A stretch of 64,000 bases of DNA from Desulfovibrionaceae bacterium (GCA_963665185.2 CAXXPO010000006.1:14156-78155); one strand, 5' to 3'. Positions 9,048 through 19,667 are shown, numbered from the stretch's first letter. Made by a program: numbers and translations. The notes: a model not told the origin generated them from the letters alone.

Positions 9048-9528
9048 TTCATTGCATGAAAAAAAAGTCCACTTTGACATGGAGAGAGGCTGAAAAACAA
9101 CTTAAAATGCCGTTTTAATTCAGCTAAACAAGAAAGCACTTTTGATTATGCTTTTTATAACATATCAGTGTGTCCGATGCGCTTCCGAACAACAATTGTG
9201 GTGCACTGCATCATGCCTTCCGTCTTGCACATCCGAACAAACGCACAACAACTGCCGCGTATTTTCAACGTAAAAAAACACTTTTAACGGATTCGTTACA
9301 GTCGCGGGCGCGGCACGCATCTCTGCCATCCCAAACGTCAGACACCGCATACCGTAAACCACCTTCCGTGTCATGGACCGCCCCATACTTTCCCAGTCCG
9401 GTTTTCTCCAAAAAAAATCACGCCCGCGTGACATCAATGACACCCATCCTTCACCAGAAAAACTTGAAAGCCCCTAAAAAGAATACGCATTCCTCCATAA
9501 ACCCAACCCCTCTTTATAAGGAGCCATC

Positions 9529-12500
9529 ATGAAACGTTTTGCATCCTTGTTGACCATGCTGCTGGCATTCGCCCTCCTTTACGGATGCGGCGGCAGCAGC
9601 GGTGACGACTCGTCCGCGCCAACGCCTACCACCGTCAATTCCTTCGGTGTCATGAGCGATCCACACTACTATGACACCGCGCTCGGCACCAATGGAACGG
9701 CGTATGAAGCCTATGTCGCCGGCGACCGCAAGCTGCTGTCCGACAGTCCAGCCATTTTGGAATCGGCCATCGATCTGTTCATTGCCAAAAAACCAGCGTT
9801 CGTCCTTATCCCCGGCGACCTGACCAAGGACGGGGAACGCTCCGGACACCAAAAATTCGCCGACGCAATCAAACGCCTGGAAGACAACGGCATCCAGACC
9901 TATGTCATCTGCGGCAACCACGACATCAACAATGCCGATGCCGTACAGTTCAGCGGCGCGACCAAAACTCAGGTAGCCACGGTAACGCCTGTTGAATTCA
10001 CGACCATTTACGCCAAGTACGGCTACGACCAGGCCCTTGCCCGCGACAGCAATTCCCTGAGCTACGTTGCTGACCTGCCCGGCGCAGGCAATCTGCGCCT
10101 GATCGCCATTGATTCCTGTCTGTACGACAAGAACACACCTACCGATCCCATCACCGCGGGAAAAATCAACGACGCCACCCGCGCCTGGGTCATGGAGCAG
10201 ATAGCCAACGGAAAGGCCAGCGGCAAGACCGTCATCGGCATGATGCACCATGGCATTCTGGAACACTACGACGGCCAGTCCACGGAATTTCCCGAGTATG
10301 TCGTGGCCGACTGGAAGGACCTCTCAAGGCAGTTTGCCGCCGCAGGCATGCAGACCGTGTTCACCGGCCATTACCACGCCCAGGACATCGTGACCGACAG
10401 CGTCATCGGCATGACCGACGTGGAAACCGGCTCCCTGGTGACCTACCCCAGCCCCCTGCGCATAGTGGAAGTACAGGATGCGGGCGGGGTGGCAAGCTTC
10501 AAGTACTCCTCCATGAATGTCACTTCCATCACGGTTCCCGATTCGTCCTCCTCACACGCCAGCCTGGCATACAATGGAAGCACAACCTTTCCCGCATACT
10601 CTGAAAAATTCCTGGATGACGGCCTTTACAACCTGGCCCTTGCCCAACTTGTCCATGTCTACGGGCAGGACGGCTCGCTCGATTCAACCAAACAACTCGC
10701 AAAGGCCCTGGCCGAGGCACTCAAGGCGCATTACGTCGGCGACGAAACCCCCGACTCCGACACACAGAATTACTACAAAGCATTGCAGGCCAACTCCTCC
10801 ACCGCCTTCTTCGGAAAATACCTGCAAGCCCTCTGGACCGACCTGGCTCCGCACGACACAGATATCAGCGACAAGGCCGCCAAGCCAATGGGCAGCGCCT
10901 TCCACCTGACCCTGATGCACGTCAACGATGTCCATTCACATCTTGAGGCAAGCAGCAACAGCATCTCTCCCAACAAAATCAAAACCTATGTCTCCATGGG
11001 CGGATTTCCCCGTCTGGCAACCAAGGTCAAACAGATCCGTACCAACAGCGACAACTCCCTGTTGCTGCATGCCGGTGACGCCATCATGGGAACCCTGTAT
11101 TTCACGGTGTTCAACGGCACTGCCGACTTCACCATGATGAACGACATGAAATTCGACGCCATGGCTGCCGGAAACCACGAATTCGACAGAGGCCCCGCCC
11201 TGTTTGCCGATCTCATCACCATCGCCAACTTCCCCGTTCTGGGTAGCAACATCGATGCTTCAGCCGACGCCAACCTCAACGGCAAGCTGAAGAATTACGT
11301 CATCAAGGAACTCAACGGACAACGCGTCGGCATCTTCGGCCTGACCACTCCCACGACATCCAACCTGTCCAGCCCCGGCGCAAACGTCAAATTCAACGAC
11401 CCCATTGCTACGGCCAAGGCCATTGTCGCCGAACTCCAGGCCAGGGACATCAACAAGATCATCTGCCTGAGCCACCTGGGCTACGACGAGGAAAAAGATC
11501 TGGCCGGCAAGGTGGATGGCATCGACATCATCATCGGCGGCCACTCACACACCACGATGGGGGCGCTCAGCTCGCTGGGGATAACGGCGGACGGAACCTA
11601 TCCCGTCAAGACGACAAGCCCCAACGGCGATCCCGTCTATCTTGTCTCCGCCGGCGACTATGCCAGGATTCTCGGTATCGCCTCCCTGTACTTTGATGCC
11701 CACGGAAAGATCGTGAAGTTCTCCGGCATGCCGACCCTGCTGCTGGGTGACGACTTTCTGGATGGCGACAAGAATGCCGTCAACGCCACCCGTCGCGCAC
11801 AGATCATGCATGTTCTCTACACGACCCCCGATGCCGAAGTCGTGGCTGAAGACTCTGCCACGGGTGCGGTTCTCAAAACCTACGCCGACCAGGTGGAGAC
11901 CATGAAATCCACGGTCATCGCACAGGCAGGCGAAGACATCCCCCACACCCGTGTACCTCTGACAGACAAACTGAGCTACGGCAGTCCCAGCGACTTCCCC
12001 AACGGCAGCTTCCTCGCTCCCATTGTTGCCGAAGGCATGTACGTGAAGGCCAAGGAAATCGGGCAAAACCCGCACCTGGCCATCCAAAACGCTGGCGGAG
12101 TTCGCGTCAGCCTGCTCAAAGGCGACGTGACCATCGGTGTCGCCCACACCATTCTGCCCTTTGCCAATATGCTCTACATGGTGGAACTCACCGGCAAAGA
12201 AGTCTGGGACGCCCTGGAAGGCGGCGTGGACACCGCTGTCAACGGAACAAGCTCCGGTGCCTTCCCCTACCTGGGCAACGCCCGCATGGCCGTGAACAAC
12301 GGCAACCCCGCCGGCAGCAAAATAACCTCCATTGAGATCAAGGACGCCTCAGGCAACTGGGTTGCGGTTCCCAAGGACGACACAAGCAAATACAACGTGG
12401 CCACCAACAACTACATCGCCGGCGGCGGCGATTTCTACGACACTCTGAAAAACGCTGCTGGCAGCCGTGTGGATACGGGCATCGTGGATGCCGACATCCT

Positions 12501-12582
12501 TATCGACTACTTCAAGAGCCTGGGCACTGTGTCCAGAATGGCTGGCGGCTTCACCAGTGTAACCTGGACCGCGGCTCCGTAA
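9529..12582 (+). CDS. lipoprotein with tandem metallophosphoesterase and 5'-nucleotidase/UshA-like modules
   Basis: Signal peptide plus lipobox (LLYGC). Module 1: SDPHYY, PGDLTKDG, GNHD, MMHHG, GHYH. Module 2: VNDVHSHLE, AGDAIMG, GNHEFD, GGHSH, plus a 5'-nucleotidase C-terminal-like region. RBS AAGGAG. Confidence 0.88.
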   Translation: MKRFASLLTMLLAFALLYGCGGSSGDDSSAPTPTTVNSFGVMSDPHYYDTALGTNGTAYEAYVAGDRKLLSDSPAILESAIDLFIAKKPAFVLIPGDLTKDGERSGHQKFADAIKRLEDNGIQTYVICGNHDINNADAVQFSGATKTQVATVTPVEFTTIYAKYGYDQALARDSNSLSYVADLPGAGNLRLIAIDSCLYDKNTPTDPITAGKINDATRAWVMEQIANGKASGKTVIGMMHHGILEHYDGQSTEFPEYVVADWKDLSRQFAAAGMQTVFTGHYHAQDIVTDSVIGMTDVETGSLVTYPSPLRIVEVQDAGGVASFKYSSMNVTSITVPDSSSSHASLAYNGSTTFPAYSEKFLDDGLYNLALAQLVHVYGQDGSLDSTKQLAKALAEALKAHYVGDETPDSDTQNYYKALQANSSTAFFGKYLQALWTDLAPHDTDISDKAAKPMGSAFHLTLMHVNDVHSHLEASSNSISPNKIKTYVSMGGFPRLATKVKQIRTNSDNSLLLHAGDAIMGTLYFTVFNGTADFTMMNDMKFDAMAAGNHEFDRGPALFADLITIANFPVLGSNIDASADANLNGKLKNYVIKELNGQRVGIFGLTTPTTSNLSSPGANVKFNDPIATAKAIVAELQARDINKIICLSHLGYDEEKDLAGKVDGIDIIIGGHSHTTMGALSSLGITADGTYPVKTTSPNGDPVYLVSAGDYARILGIASLYFDAHGKIVKFSGMPTLLLGDDFLDGDKNAVNATRRAQIMHVLYTTPDAEVVAEDSATGAVLKTYADQVETMKSTVIAQAGEDIPHTRVPLTDKLSYGSPSDFPNGSFLAPIVAEGMYVKAKEIGQNPHLAIQNAGGVRVSLLKGDVTIGVAHTILPFANMLYMVELTGKEVWDALEGGVDTAVNGTSSGAFPYLGNARMAVNNGNPAGSKITSIEIKDASGNWVAVPKDDTSKYNVATNNYIAGGGDFYDTLKNAAGSRVDTGIVDADILIDYFKSLGTVSRMAGGFTSVTWTAAP

Positions 12583-12611
12583 CAGCGCATTCCGCAACTC
12601 CCCGTCCCGCA

Positions 12612-12644
12612 AAAGGCCCCGGCAAACGTCGGGGCCTTTTTTTT
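12612..12644 (+). terminator. intrinsic terminator
   Basis: 10-bp stem AAAGGCCCCG/CGGGGCCTTT with an 8-nt loop, then a T-run. Confidence 0.85.
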
Positions 12645-12814
12645 GACGGCGCATTGATCGGGTAGAAGAATTCACCCAAAACCATGCGGGCTGCATTGTT
12701 TTATTTTTCATGTGGAGCTATTCAACAAATCACGTACCTGGGATTTAAACTCCTGGGTTCCCCATTGTGCCGGTGCCTGTTTTTTATGACGGCTTTACCC
12801 CGTGGAGGATGCCA

Positions 12815-14215
12815 ATGAATTATCTGAAAACGTACTCCCCTGTTATCGTGGCCGTTCTTATGGCGCTCATTCCAACGCCTGAAGGGCTTCAACCGAATGC
12901 CTGGTATTTTCTCAGCATTTTCGTGGGGGTCGTTGTCGGCCTCATCGTGGAACCTGTTCCCGCCGCGCTTGTCGGACTTGTGGGTGTGGCTGTCGTGGCC
13001 ATGCTGGGCTTGGTGGGCAACGCCTCCGCCAGCAGCAAATGGGCATTGTCGGGTTTTTCCAACGGGGTCATCTGGCTTATTTTCGCCGCCTTCATGTTCG
13101 CCCTGGGATATCAGAAGACAGGGCTGGGCAAGCGCATCAGCCTTTTGCTGATCAAGTATCTCGGCAAGAACACTCTGGGGCTCGGGTATGCCGTGGCATT
13201 TTCCGATGCCGTCCTGTCGCCCTTCATGCCATCCAATACCGCCAGAAGCGCGGGAACCATTTATCCGGTGGTCAGCAACATCCCGCCCATGTTCAATTCC
13301 ACCCCGGAACATGAACCTCGCAAAATCGGCTCGTATCTCATGTGGGTCGGCATCGCCTCCACCTGCGTCACAAGCTCAATGTTTCTGACCGCCCTGGCTC
13401 CCAACCTCCTGGCAGTGGACCTCATCGCCCAGGGAACGGGCATCACCATAACCTGGGGCGGATGGGCAAAAGTGATGATTCCGGCCATGCTCCCCCTGTT
13501 TCTGCTCACCCCCTGGCTGGCCTATGTCATTTATCCCCCCACCCAAAAACACTCGCCCGAGGCTCCGGCCTGGGCTACCGACGAACTCCGGAAAATGGGG
13601 CGCATCACGACCAAGGAAATCATGATGCTCGGCTATGCTATCCTGGCCTTGATTTTCTGGATCTTTGGCAAGCAGCTCGGCGTTAACAGCACCGTGGCCG
13701 CGATTTTCGTACTCAGCCTGATGGTTTTGACAAATATCATCACATGGGAAGACGTCATCACCAACAAGGGCGCGTGGAACGTCCTGGTCTGGTTCGCCAC
13801 CCTGGTTTCCATGGCCGCAGGCCTGAAACAGGCAGGCGTTCTCAAGTGGATCGGCGATCTGGTTTCAATCCACCTTCAGGGAATGCCCCCTTCCACAGTG
13901 GCCATCATGCTGGTGCTGCTCTTCTTTGGACTGCATTACTTCTTCGCCAGCACCACGGCCCACACCACGGCCCTCATGCCCTTGTTCCTGGCCATCGCCG
14001 CCCCTCTTCTGCCTGTGGAAATGCTCCCCAAAGTAGCCCTCATGCTGGCAGCCAGCCTGGGGCTGATGGGCATCATCACGCCATATGCCACTGGTCCCTC
14101 CCCTATCTGGTACGGGGCAGGATTCCTCAGCCAGGCTCGCTGGTGGGCTCTGGGCGCCATATTCGGAGGCATCTACCTGGTCGCCATGATCGTGGTGACC
14201 ATGCTCTACGTATAG
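12815..14215 (+). CDS. DASS/SLC13-family anion (di/tricarboxylate or similar):sodium symporter
   Basis: Polytopic membrane protein with SNTARSAGTIYPV and a second hairpin-like motif. Start set at ATG 12815 (MNYLK), 6 nt after GGAGG. Confidence 0.8.
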   Translation: MNYLKTYSPVIVAVLMALIPTPEGLQPNAWYFLSIFVGVVVGLIVEPVPAALVGLVGVAVVAMLGLVGNASASSKWALSGFSNGVIWLIFAAFMFALGYQKTGLGKRISLLLIKYLGKNTLGLGYAVAFSDAVLSPFMPSNTARSAGTIYPVVSNIPPMFNSTPEHEPRKIGSYLMWVGIASTCVTSSMFLTALAPNLLAVDLIAQGTGITITWGGWAKVMIPAMLPLFLLTPWLAYVIYPPTQKHSPEAPAWATDELRKMGRITTKEIMMLGYAILALIFWIFGKQLGVNSTVAAIFVLSLMVLTNIITWEDVITNKGAWNVLVWFATLVSMAAGLKQAGVLKWIGDLVSIHLQGMPPSTVAIMLVLLFFGLHYFFASTTAHTTALMPLFLAIAAPLLPVEMLPKVALMLAASLGLMGIITPYATGPSPIWYGAGFLSQARWWALGAIFGGIYLVAMIVVTMLYV

Positions 14216-14232
14216 GTCGTCCGCATATATAC

Positions 14233-14271
14233 AAAAAAGAGCTGCGCTTCCATGGAAGCGCAGCTCTTTTT
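14233..14271. terminator. bidirectional intrinsic terminator between convergent genes
   Basis: 14-bp perfect stem AAGAGCTGCGCTTC/GAAGCGCAGCTCTT, flanked by an A-run upstream and a T-run downstream. Confidence 0.85.
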
Positions 14272-14309
14272 ATCTTTCCGCAGCCCCAAATGCCGTGCGG
14301 AAATTCAGG

Positions 14310-15620
14310 CTATTCCACAAAAAGGATGTCGAAAGAATCTCCGGTAAGGCACTTCCCACCCGACTCGGTGACGACAAACGTATTTTCCACCCCAACCATG
14401 CCCAGGCCGGGAATACCCATTTTGGGTTCCACGGCCAATGTCTGGTTTGTCACCAGAGGTTCGTCAAACCCCTTGGCCAGCACGGGATAGCCGTCAACGG
14501 ACAAACCTATGCCATGTCCCAGAAAATTCACCTTATTGGGGGACAGAGCCATGAAACCTTCGGACATGCCCTCCTTTTCCGCCCAGGCTACGCAATGGGC
14601 GTAAATTTCACTGGGAATATTGCCTGGCTTCAGATTTTCAGCCACCCACTCCTGCACATCCATGCAAAAGGATTGGGCGCTGCGTACATGTTTCGGCATG
14701 TCCGAGACGCGACCGGCCCAGAATGTCTGGGTCTTGTCCGTGCAGTATCCCTCCAGGGAAAATCCGCAGTCCAACCCCAACGGTTCGCCCGTGTTCCAGA
14801 TTTTTCCAGCATAGCCCATGAAGCTGATGGCCGGGTGCTCACCACGCAACCCCAAAGGTCCGTTGAACATGGACGGATAATTGCCCGAATCGCCCGCAGA
14901 CACGTGACCGAGAAAGCACTCCTCGCCAAAAGCCCCCATGCGCAGGACCCCCATGTGGCCATGGCTCAAAAAAACTTCCCAAACCTTGTGGGAAATCTCG
15001 CGCTCGCTCATGCCGGGGCGGATATGGTCCGGCATGAGGTCGTGCAGGCATTCGTGATGCCGCTGGCCGCACAACCGCATCTTGTCGAGTTCCCAGTCGG
15101 TCTTGAGACTGCGCGCCTTCGCCAGCACGCCGTCTCCCGGCATAAAGGTCACGGTGTGCAGATGCTTTTGCAGGGTTCCTGCCAATGCCCACGGCAGGCC
15201 GTTCATCTCCGCCGCCACAATGTCCGACACGGCCCCGCCTGTTTCGCGGATAAGCCCTTCCAGGTCCCGGTAGGAACGAAAAGCAAGGATATGCGAAATG
15301 GACGACTCCAATTTTGCCCGCTCAATGCCGCGCCTCAGCAAAAGAACTGGTTCGCCACGCAGGGGAAGCCAGAAAATTCCCGCAGCCATGGTCCCGGAAA
15401 GATAGTAAATATTGAGCTTGGAAAAAACCATCAGCCCCCCGGCCTGCGGGCATTGTGCGGCCAAGGCGGAGCGGCAGCGCTCCCAGCGCCGTTCCAACTC
15501 GGAAAAAGGTATCTGCTCCAGCGACTCGAACATGACGACTCCCAAGGACCGGTGTTGCTGAACCGGCCCTTTCCTTCTATAAGGTTGCTTTACGTCGCAG
15601 ACACGACGCACTTCAACCAT
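14310..15620 (-). CDS. M24-family metallopeptidase (Xaa-Pro aminopeptidase/creatinase-like)
   Basis: 436 aa. HGIGLSVDGYP and LAVEPKMG..GVENTFVVT are pita-bread fold motifs. Confidence 0.85.
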   Translation of the reverse strand: MVEVRRVCDVKQPYRRKGPVQQHRSLGVVMFESLEQIPFSELERRWERCRSALAAQCPQAGGLMVFSKLNIYYLSGTMAAGIFWLPLRGEPVLLLRRGIERAKLESSISHILAFRSYRDLEGLIRETGGAVSDIVAAEMNGLPWALAGTLQKHLHTVTFMPGDGVLAKARSLKTDWELDKMRLCGQRHHECLHDLMPDHIRPGMSEREISHKVWEVFLSHGHMGVLRMGAFGEECFLGHVSAGDSGNYPSMFNGPLGLRGEHPAISFMGYAGKIWNTGEPLGLDCGFSLEGYCTDKTQTFWAGRVSDMPKHVRSAQSFCMDVQEWVAENLKPGNIPSEIYAHCVAWAEKEGMSEGFMALSPNKVNFLGHGIGLSVDGYPVLAKGFDEPLVTNQTLAVEPKMGIPGLGMVGVENTFVVTESGGKCLTGDSFDILFVE

Positions 15621-15631
15621 GTGGTTTACAA

Positions 15632-16054
15632 ATGCTGCTACCGAATTTCCAGGATCTCAAATCCCTGTTCGACAGAGTCAGGACCATTGCCATCATCGGC
15701 GCCAAAGACGTGCAGGGGCAGCCGGTGGACATGGTGGGCCGCTACCTTCTGGATGCCGGGTACACCGTGATTCCGGTCCACCCCAAACGCAAAAACATCT
15801 GGGGACTTGCGACCTACCCTAATCTGACCGATGTGCCAGAGCCTGTGGACATGGTCAATGTCTTCCGCGCCCCGCAGTTCTGCCCCGCCCACGCCAGGGA
15901 AACCCTGGAGTTGAAAAAAAGACCCGCCGCCTTCTGGATGCAATTGGGCATTGTCAGCCCCGAGGCCGTTCAGATTCTGTCTCCCCACGCTATCCAGGTC
16001 ATCCAGAACGAATGCCTGATGGTTGTCCATAAAAGGCTGAAGGAACAACCATGA
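15632..16054 (+). CDS. CoA-binding domain protein
   Basis: IAIIGAK...GYTVIPVHPK...VNVFR pattern typical of YccU/YneT-type CoA-binding proteins. Confidence 0.8.
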   Translation: MLLPNFQDLKSLFDRVRTIAIIGAKDVQGQPVDMVGRYLLDAGYTVIPVHPKRKNIWGLATYPNLTDVPEPVDMVNVFRAPQFCPAHARETLELKKRPAAFWMQLGIVSPEAVQILSPHAIQVIQNECLMVVHKRLKEQP

Positions 16055-16518
16055 GCGAAAGCAACGACATCGCCTTTTCCTGCCAAAGATGCGGCCATTG
16101 CTGCAAGGGCAAGGGCGGTATCATCTTGATGGAAAGCGATATTGAACGCATGGCCCAAGGTCTTCGACAGACACGGGAAGAATTCCTGCGCGAAAATACG
16201 GAAACCGCCAACGGACGTATCCGCCTTCTGGTGGGGGAAGACGAGTACTGTCTTCACTACAACCACGACATTCAGGGATGCGGCGTCCACCTGATCCGTC
16301 CGGACATCTGCCGGGCGTGGCCGTTCTTTCGGGGCAACATTATCGATTCGCTCAGTTGGGAACTCTCCCAGGACTTTTGTCCCGGCATAAACCCGAAATG
16401 CGGGCATGACAAATTCCGCCGACAGGGCCTGGAATATCTCAGGGAGGAAAACATCGGCGGGCCGGGCGGCCCAGATGACCCCGACCTGCCCAATGCACTG
16501 GTCTGGCCCAAGGACTGA
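16051..16518 (+). CDS. YkgJ-family cysteine-cluster (Zn/Fe-chelating) protein
   Basis: [13 protein letters not shown]... plus later C..C. 4-nt overlap with the upstream gene. Confidence 0.75.
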   Translation: MSESNDIAFSCQRCGHCCKGKGGIILMESDIERMAQGLRQTREEFLRENTETANGRIRLLVGEDEYCLHYNHDIQGCGVHLIRPDICRAWPFFRGNIIDSLSWELSQDFCPGINPKCGHDKFRRQGLEYLREENIGGPGGPDDPDLPNALVWPKD

Positions 16519-16535
16519 TATCCGAGGATTGCAAC

Positions 16536-17369
16536 GTGACGCTTCAGGAATGTTATAAGATTCTTCAGGCCCGGGAAGGCCAGGGAATGGAGGAAATCAA
16601 GTCGCACTACCGGCGGCTGGCTTTCCAGTATCATCCGGACCTCAACCCGGATGACCGCAATGCTTCGCGCAAATTCCAGCGTCTGAACGAAGCCTACGTT
16701 CTTCTGCAAAAGCATATTGAGACCGGGGAAATGCCTCCCGATCCGCAACAGGGCAGACGCCCCAAAGGCCCCAAAGCCGCCAGAAACTCAACAGGCGGAA
16801 CCTACGACGCATCGGGCCGCTCCCATACTACAAACGACGAAACCCAGCCTCCGCCCGGCGCGACGGGAACATCCGGCCCGACTCGCTCCGCGCGCCAGCC
16901 CGGCGGATTCGACCGCTCCACAGGCAACTTCCACTACCGCCAGGAGGAAGTGCTCAGGGATATCCTGCAAGATCCATTCGCCCGCAAGGTTTTCGAAGAC
17001 ATTTACACCCAGGTGAACCAGCGCCAGGGCACTCCGGCCAATACCGCAGCCAAGACCCGTCGTCTGGACCTGAACTGGGGAGACAGCAAGGTCAGCCTGG
17101 ACCTGAGCAAAGGCGTATTCGGCAGCATGAAATCCTGGGTCCGGGGCCAGCTTGACGACGAGCACACCGCCTATTACCCGGCCTCGCACCTGTATCCTGG
17201 ACGGCCCATCCGCATACGTGTACAACAGGGTTTTTCCGGCAAGGAAAAAACAGTGGAAATCACGCTGCCCATGGATTTCTCCGTGGGCCGGGCCATCCGC
17301 CTGAAAGGACTGGGCCGCAAGCTCGGGCCGTTCAAGGGCGACCTGTACCTGCGCCTGCTGCCAAAGTGA
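16536..17369 (+). CDS. J-domain protein
   Basis: YKILQA...[20 protein letters not shown]...FQRLNEAY (HPD motif). GTG start. Low-complexity Pro/Gly middle region. Confidence 0.8.
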   Translation: MTLQECYKILQAREGQGMEEIKSHYRRLAFQYHPDLNPDDRNASRKFQRLNEAYVLLQKHIETGEMPPDPQQGRRPKGPKAARNSTGGTYDASGRSHTTNDETQPPPGATGTSGPTRSARQPGGFDRSTGNFHYRQEEVLRDILQDPFARKVFEDIYTQVNQRQGTPANTAAKTRRLDLNWGDSKVSLDLSKGVFGSMKSWVRGQLDDEHTAYYPASHLYPGRPIRIRVQQGFSGKEKTVEITLPMDFSVGRAIRLKGLGRKLGPFKGDLYLRLLPK

Positions 17370-17491
17370 TGTTTCTGACCATTTTTTTGACTCCAGACAT
17401 TATTTTCGCCTTCCACGATCATCGCCTCAAAAAATTTTCTCCTTTTTATTACAACCTGTTAAAGAAAGACACACATCAAAATTCACACTGC

Positions 17492-17506
17492 TGGCACATA
17501 TTTGGC
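17492..17506 (+). promoter_or_regulatory. putative sigma-54 (-24/-12) promoter
   Basis: TGGCACatattTGGC has the GG and GC elements at the canonical spacing. It lies 34 nt upstream of ATG 17540, in an AT-rich intergenic region. Confidence 0.55.
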
Positions 17507-17539
17507 TTATGGCAAAAAACAACAAGGAGGAGTGTTGCC

Positions 17540-18646
17540 ATGCAGTATGCACTAAATGCCAAGCAAATGAACCAGCTGAGTAACCGCCTGTTTGCCCAGT
17601 CATGTCAGGGCAAGGTCTATACGTTCCCTGAACAGATTACCCTGATGCCGCTTACGAAATGCAATTACAAATGCATCATGTGCGGCGAATGGACTAAGGA
17701 AAAAAAGCCAGAGCTTCCCTGGGAAACCATCCTCAAGCTGGAAGAGGTGCTGCCCTTTGTTCAGACCCTGTTCGTCACGGGCGGTGAACCGCTTATGTAT
17801 CATCGCATCCGCGATGTCTTCGCCATGGGGAAAAAAGCCGGATGCAATCTGTGGATGGTGACCAACGGCGCGCTCATGAACGAAGCCAACCGCAATATGG
17901 TCATGGAGGAAGGACTCGCACAGGTCAAGTTCAGCCTGGATTCAGCTACTCAAAAGACCTACGCCAAAATCCGCGGTGGCAACCTCATGCAGGTTTTTGC
18001 CAACATCGACCAGCTGGCAAAACTCAAAATAAACAACAACACACGCTCTCCCCGCATCCAGGTCGGCTTTGTGGCCATGCGCAGCAATATTGAGGAATTG
18101 GGAAAATTCGTCGCCATTGCCAACGAAATCGGCGTGGACAGCATTTATGTGACCTATTGCCAAATTCAAACTCAAAACATGATCCCTGAGTCCCTGTTTC
18201 TGCATCAGGAACTGAGCGACAAACACATGATAATGGCTGCAGAAATCGCCCGCCGTGTCGGGATGCATCTGGAACTCCCCCCCCTGTTCAACTCCGAATT
18301 ATGCGGCGACCAGGAAAAAACGAATGCCTGCTCCCGTGTCCGGGAAAACTGCCTGGAACCATGGCGCCAGTTGTTTGTCGGCGCAGATGGAAATTGCTCC
18401 CTGTGCTGTGGCGGTGGCGGAACTTGCGGCAATCTCAATGAAACGGATTTCATGACCATGTGGAACCACCCGGCGCGGGTGATCGCCCGGGAACGCGTGA
18501 ACACGGACAATCCTCCGGCAAAATGTCTTTCTTGCCGCACCATTAAGCAGGACGCCCACAATCTGGGATCACACTTCCAAAACAAGGATTTTCAACGACA
18601 GGCTCTGGAAATGACCAGCCAGAACAAACTGGTCGAGACCGTGTAG
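17540..18646 (+). CDS. radical SAM / SPASM-domain enzyme
   Basis: CNYKCIMCGEW (CxxxCxxC), FVTGGEPLM, and a C-terminal Cys-rich region CLEPW...GNCSLCCGGGGTCGN...CLSCR. Start set at ATG 17540, behind AAGGAGGAG. Confidence 0.85.
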   Translation: MQYALNAKQMNQLSNRLFAQSCQGKVYTFPEQITLMPLTKCNYKCIMCGEWTKEKKPELPWETILKLEEVLPFVQTLFVTGGEPLMYHRIRDVFAMGKKAGCNLWMVTNGALMNEANRNMVMEEGLAQVKFSLDSATQKTYAKIRGGNLMQVFANIDQLAKLKINNNTRSPRIQVGFVAMRSNIEELGKFVAIANEIGVDSIYVTYCQIQTQNMIPESLFLHQELSDKHMIMAAEIARRVGMHLELPPLFNSELCGDQEKTNACSRVRENCLEPWRQLFVGADGNCSLCCGGGGTCGNLNETDFMTMWNHPARVIARERVNTDNPPAKCLSCRTIKQDAHNLGSHFQNKDFQRQALEMTSQNKLVETV

Positions 18647-18689
18647 CGTCTCTTCGATTCAATTTGAAATTATTGCAGGAAGATATAAA

Positions 18690-19616
18690 ATGAGTCCCGT
18701 CACCATAGATGGCCAGATCAACCCCGTACTCATGATACTGACGTCTCCGGCACACCCGGTGGACACATTCATTATGTGCCTGCGCTATCTCCAGCGCAAT
18801 ACAGACCTCTCCAGGTTTAAAAAAATTTATATCTGCGCCAATCAGGTAGGGGGCGATCGCTTTGCCGTCATCCAGAACTTCGTCCGCCGCACCCCCAACG
18901 CGCAAGATATCCATTGCGGTCCTGTCGGGCACCATCCCTGCGTTCCTTATGTACAGAACCTGCTGGCGAAAAAACACCCCGACACTCCCATTATCAAAAT
19001 GGATGACGACATGTTCGTCATGTCCGGCTGGTTGGACAGGCTCATCGAAGTGTACGAGGACACAAAGGAGCAGCCCGACCTGGGTATAATTCTGCCGCTC
19101 ATCCCCATCAACACCATGGGGGCGCAATGCCTTTGGAATTTCATGTCCCTTACCTATGGAGACGAGTTCCGCCACATGTGGATACGGGGGCAGGGACACA
19201 TCGGGGCCAATCCGGGCTACCACGATTTCATCTGGTCCAAAGTCATGGACCATCACATGATAGAACGCTTCGTAAACCAACTCGAGGACCCCTACCATTA
19301 CTTTTCAGGACCGTACGCCCATGCAAGCATCAATTGCGTCATGTATGACCACCGGTTGATTGAAAAGGCCTACCCCTTCCCTCTCTACGAGGCCTGGTTT
19401 CTTGACAGGGAAAAAATGTTTGACGAGAGCATCGTCAATCGGGAAATCAGGGAGGGACGACTCAAAGGACTCATGGTAAAGGATACGGTCGTGCACCATT
19501 ACGCCTTCAACAAGGTGGAAGGATATATGCGCCAAACGCATCCCCCGGATAAAATCAAACGCTTTCTGGACTCGGTCAAGCCCTTGGCAAGCCGGTTCAA
19601 AAACAAGACGGCCTGA
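18690..19616 (+). CDS. hypothetical protein, possibly GT-A-fold glycosyltransferase-like
   Basis: 308 aa. VLMILTS...IKMDDDMFV is a DxD-like motif. No confident family assignment by eye. Confidence 0.6.
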   Translation: MSPVTIDGQINPVLMILTSPAHPVDTFIMCLRYLQRNTDLSRFKKIYICANQVGGDRFAVIQNFVRRTPNAQDIHCGPVGHHPCVPYVQNLLAKKHPDTPIIKMDDDMFVMSGWLDRLIEVYEDTKEQPDLGIILPLIPINTMGAQCLWNFMSLTYGDEFRHMWIRGQGHIGANPGYHDFIWSKVMDHHMIERFVNQLEDPYHYFSGPYAHASINCVMYDHRLIEKAYPFPLYEAWFLDREKMFDESIVNREIREGRLKGLMVKDTVVHHYAFNKVEGYMRQTHPPDKIKRFLDSVKPLASRFKNKTA

Positions 19617-19629
19617 CGGAAAAAGACAA

Positions 19630-19667
19630 GGGCCGGGAAAGACATGCTCCCCCGGCCCAGACTTTTT
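19630..19667 (+). terminator. intrinsic terminator
   Basis: Stem GGGCCGGG/CCCGGCCC followed by a short T-run (19663-19667). Sits between convergent genes. Confidence 0.65.

Noticed and set aside
17509-17583. 24-codon Cys-rich ORF (MAKNNKEECCHAVCTKCQANEPAE) overlapping the start of the radical SAM/SPASM gene, a tempting RiPP precursor
   Set aside because: It has no Shine-Dalgarno sequence. Its ATG lies upstream of the transcription start implied by the -24/-12 element. The AAGGAGGAG inside it is positioned for ATG 17540 of the enzyme. The leader would be only ~8 residues. I keep it as a low-probability candidate to test by conservation or peptidomics.
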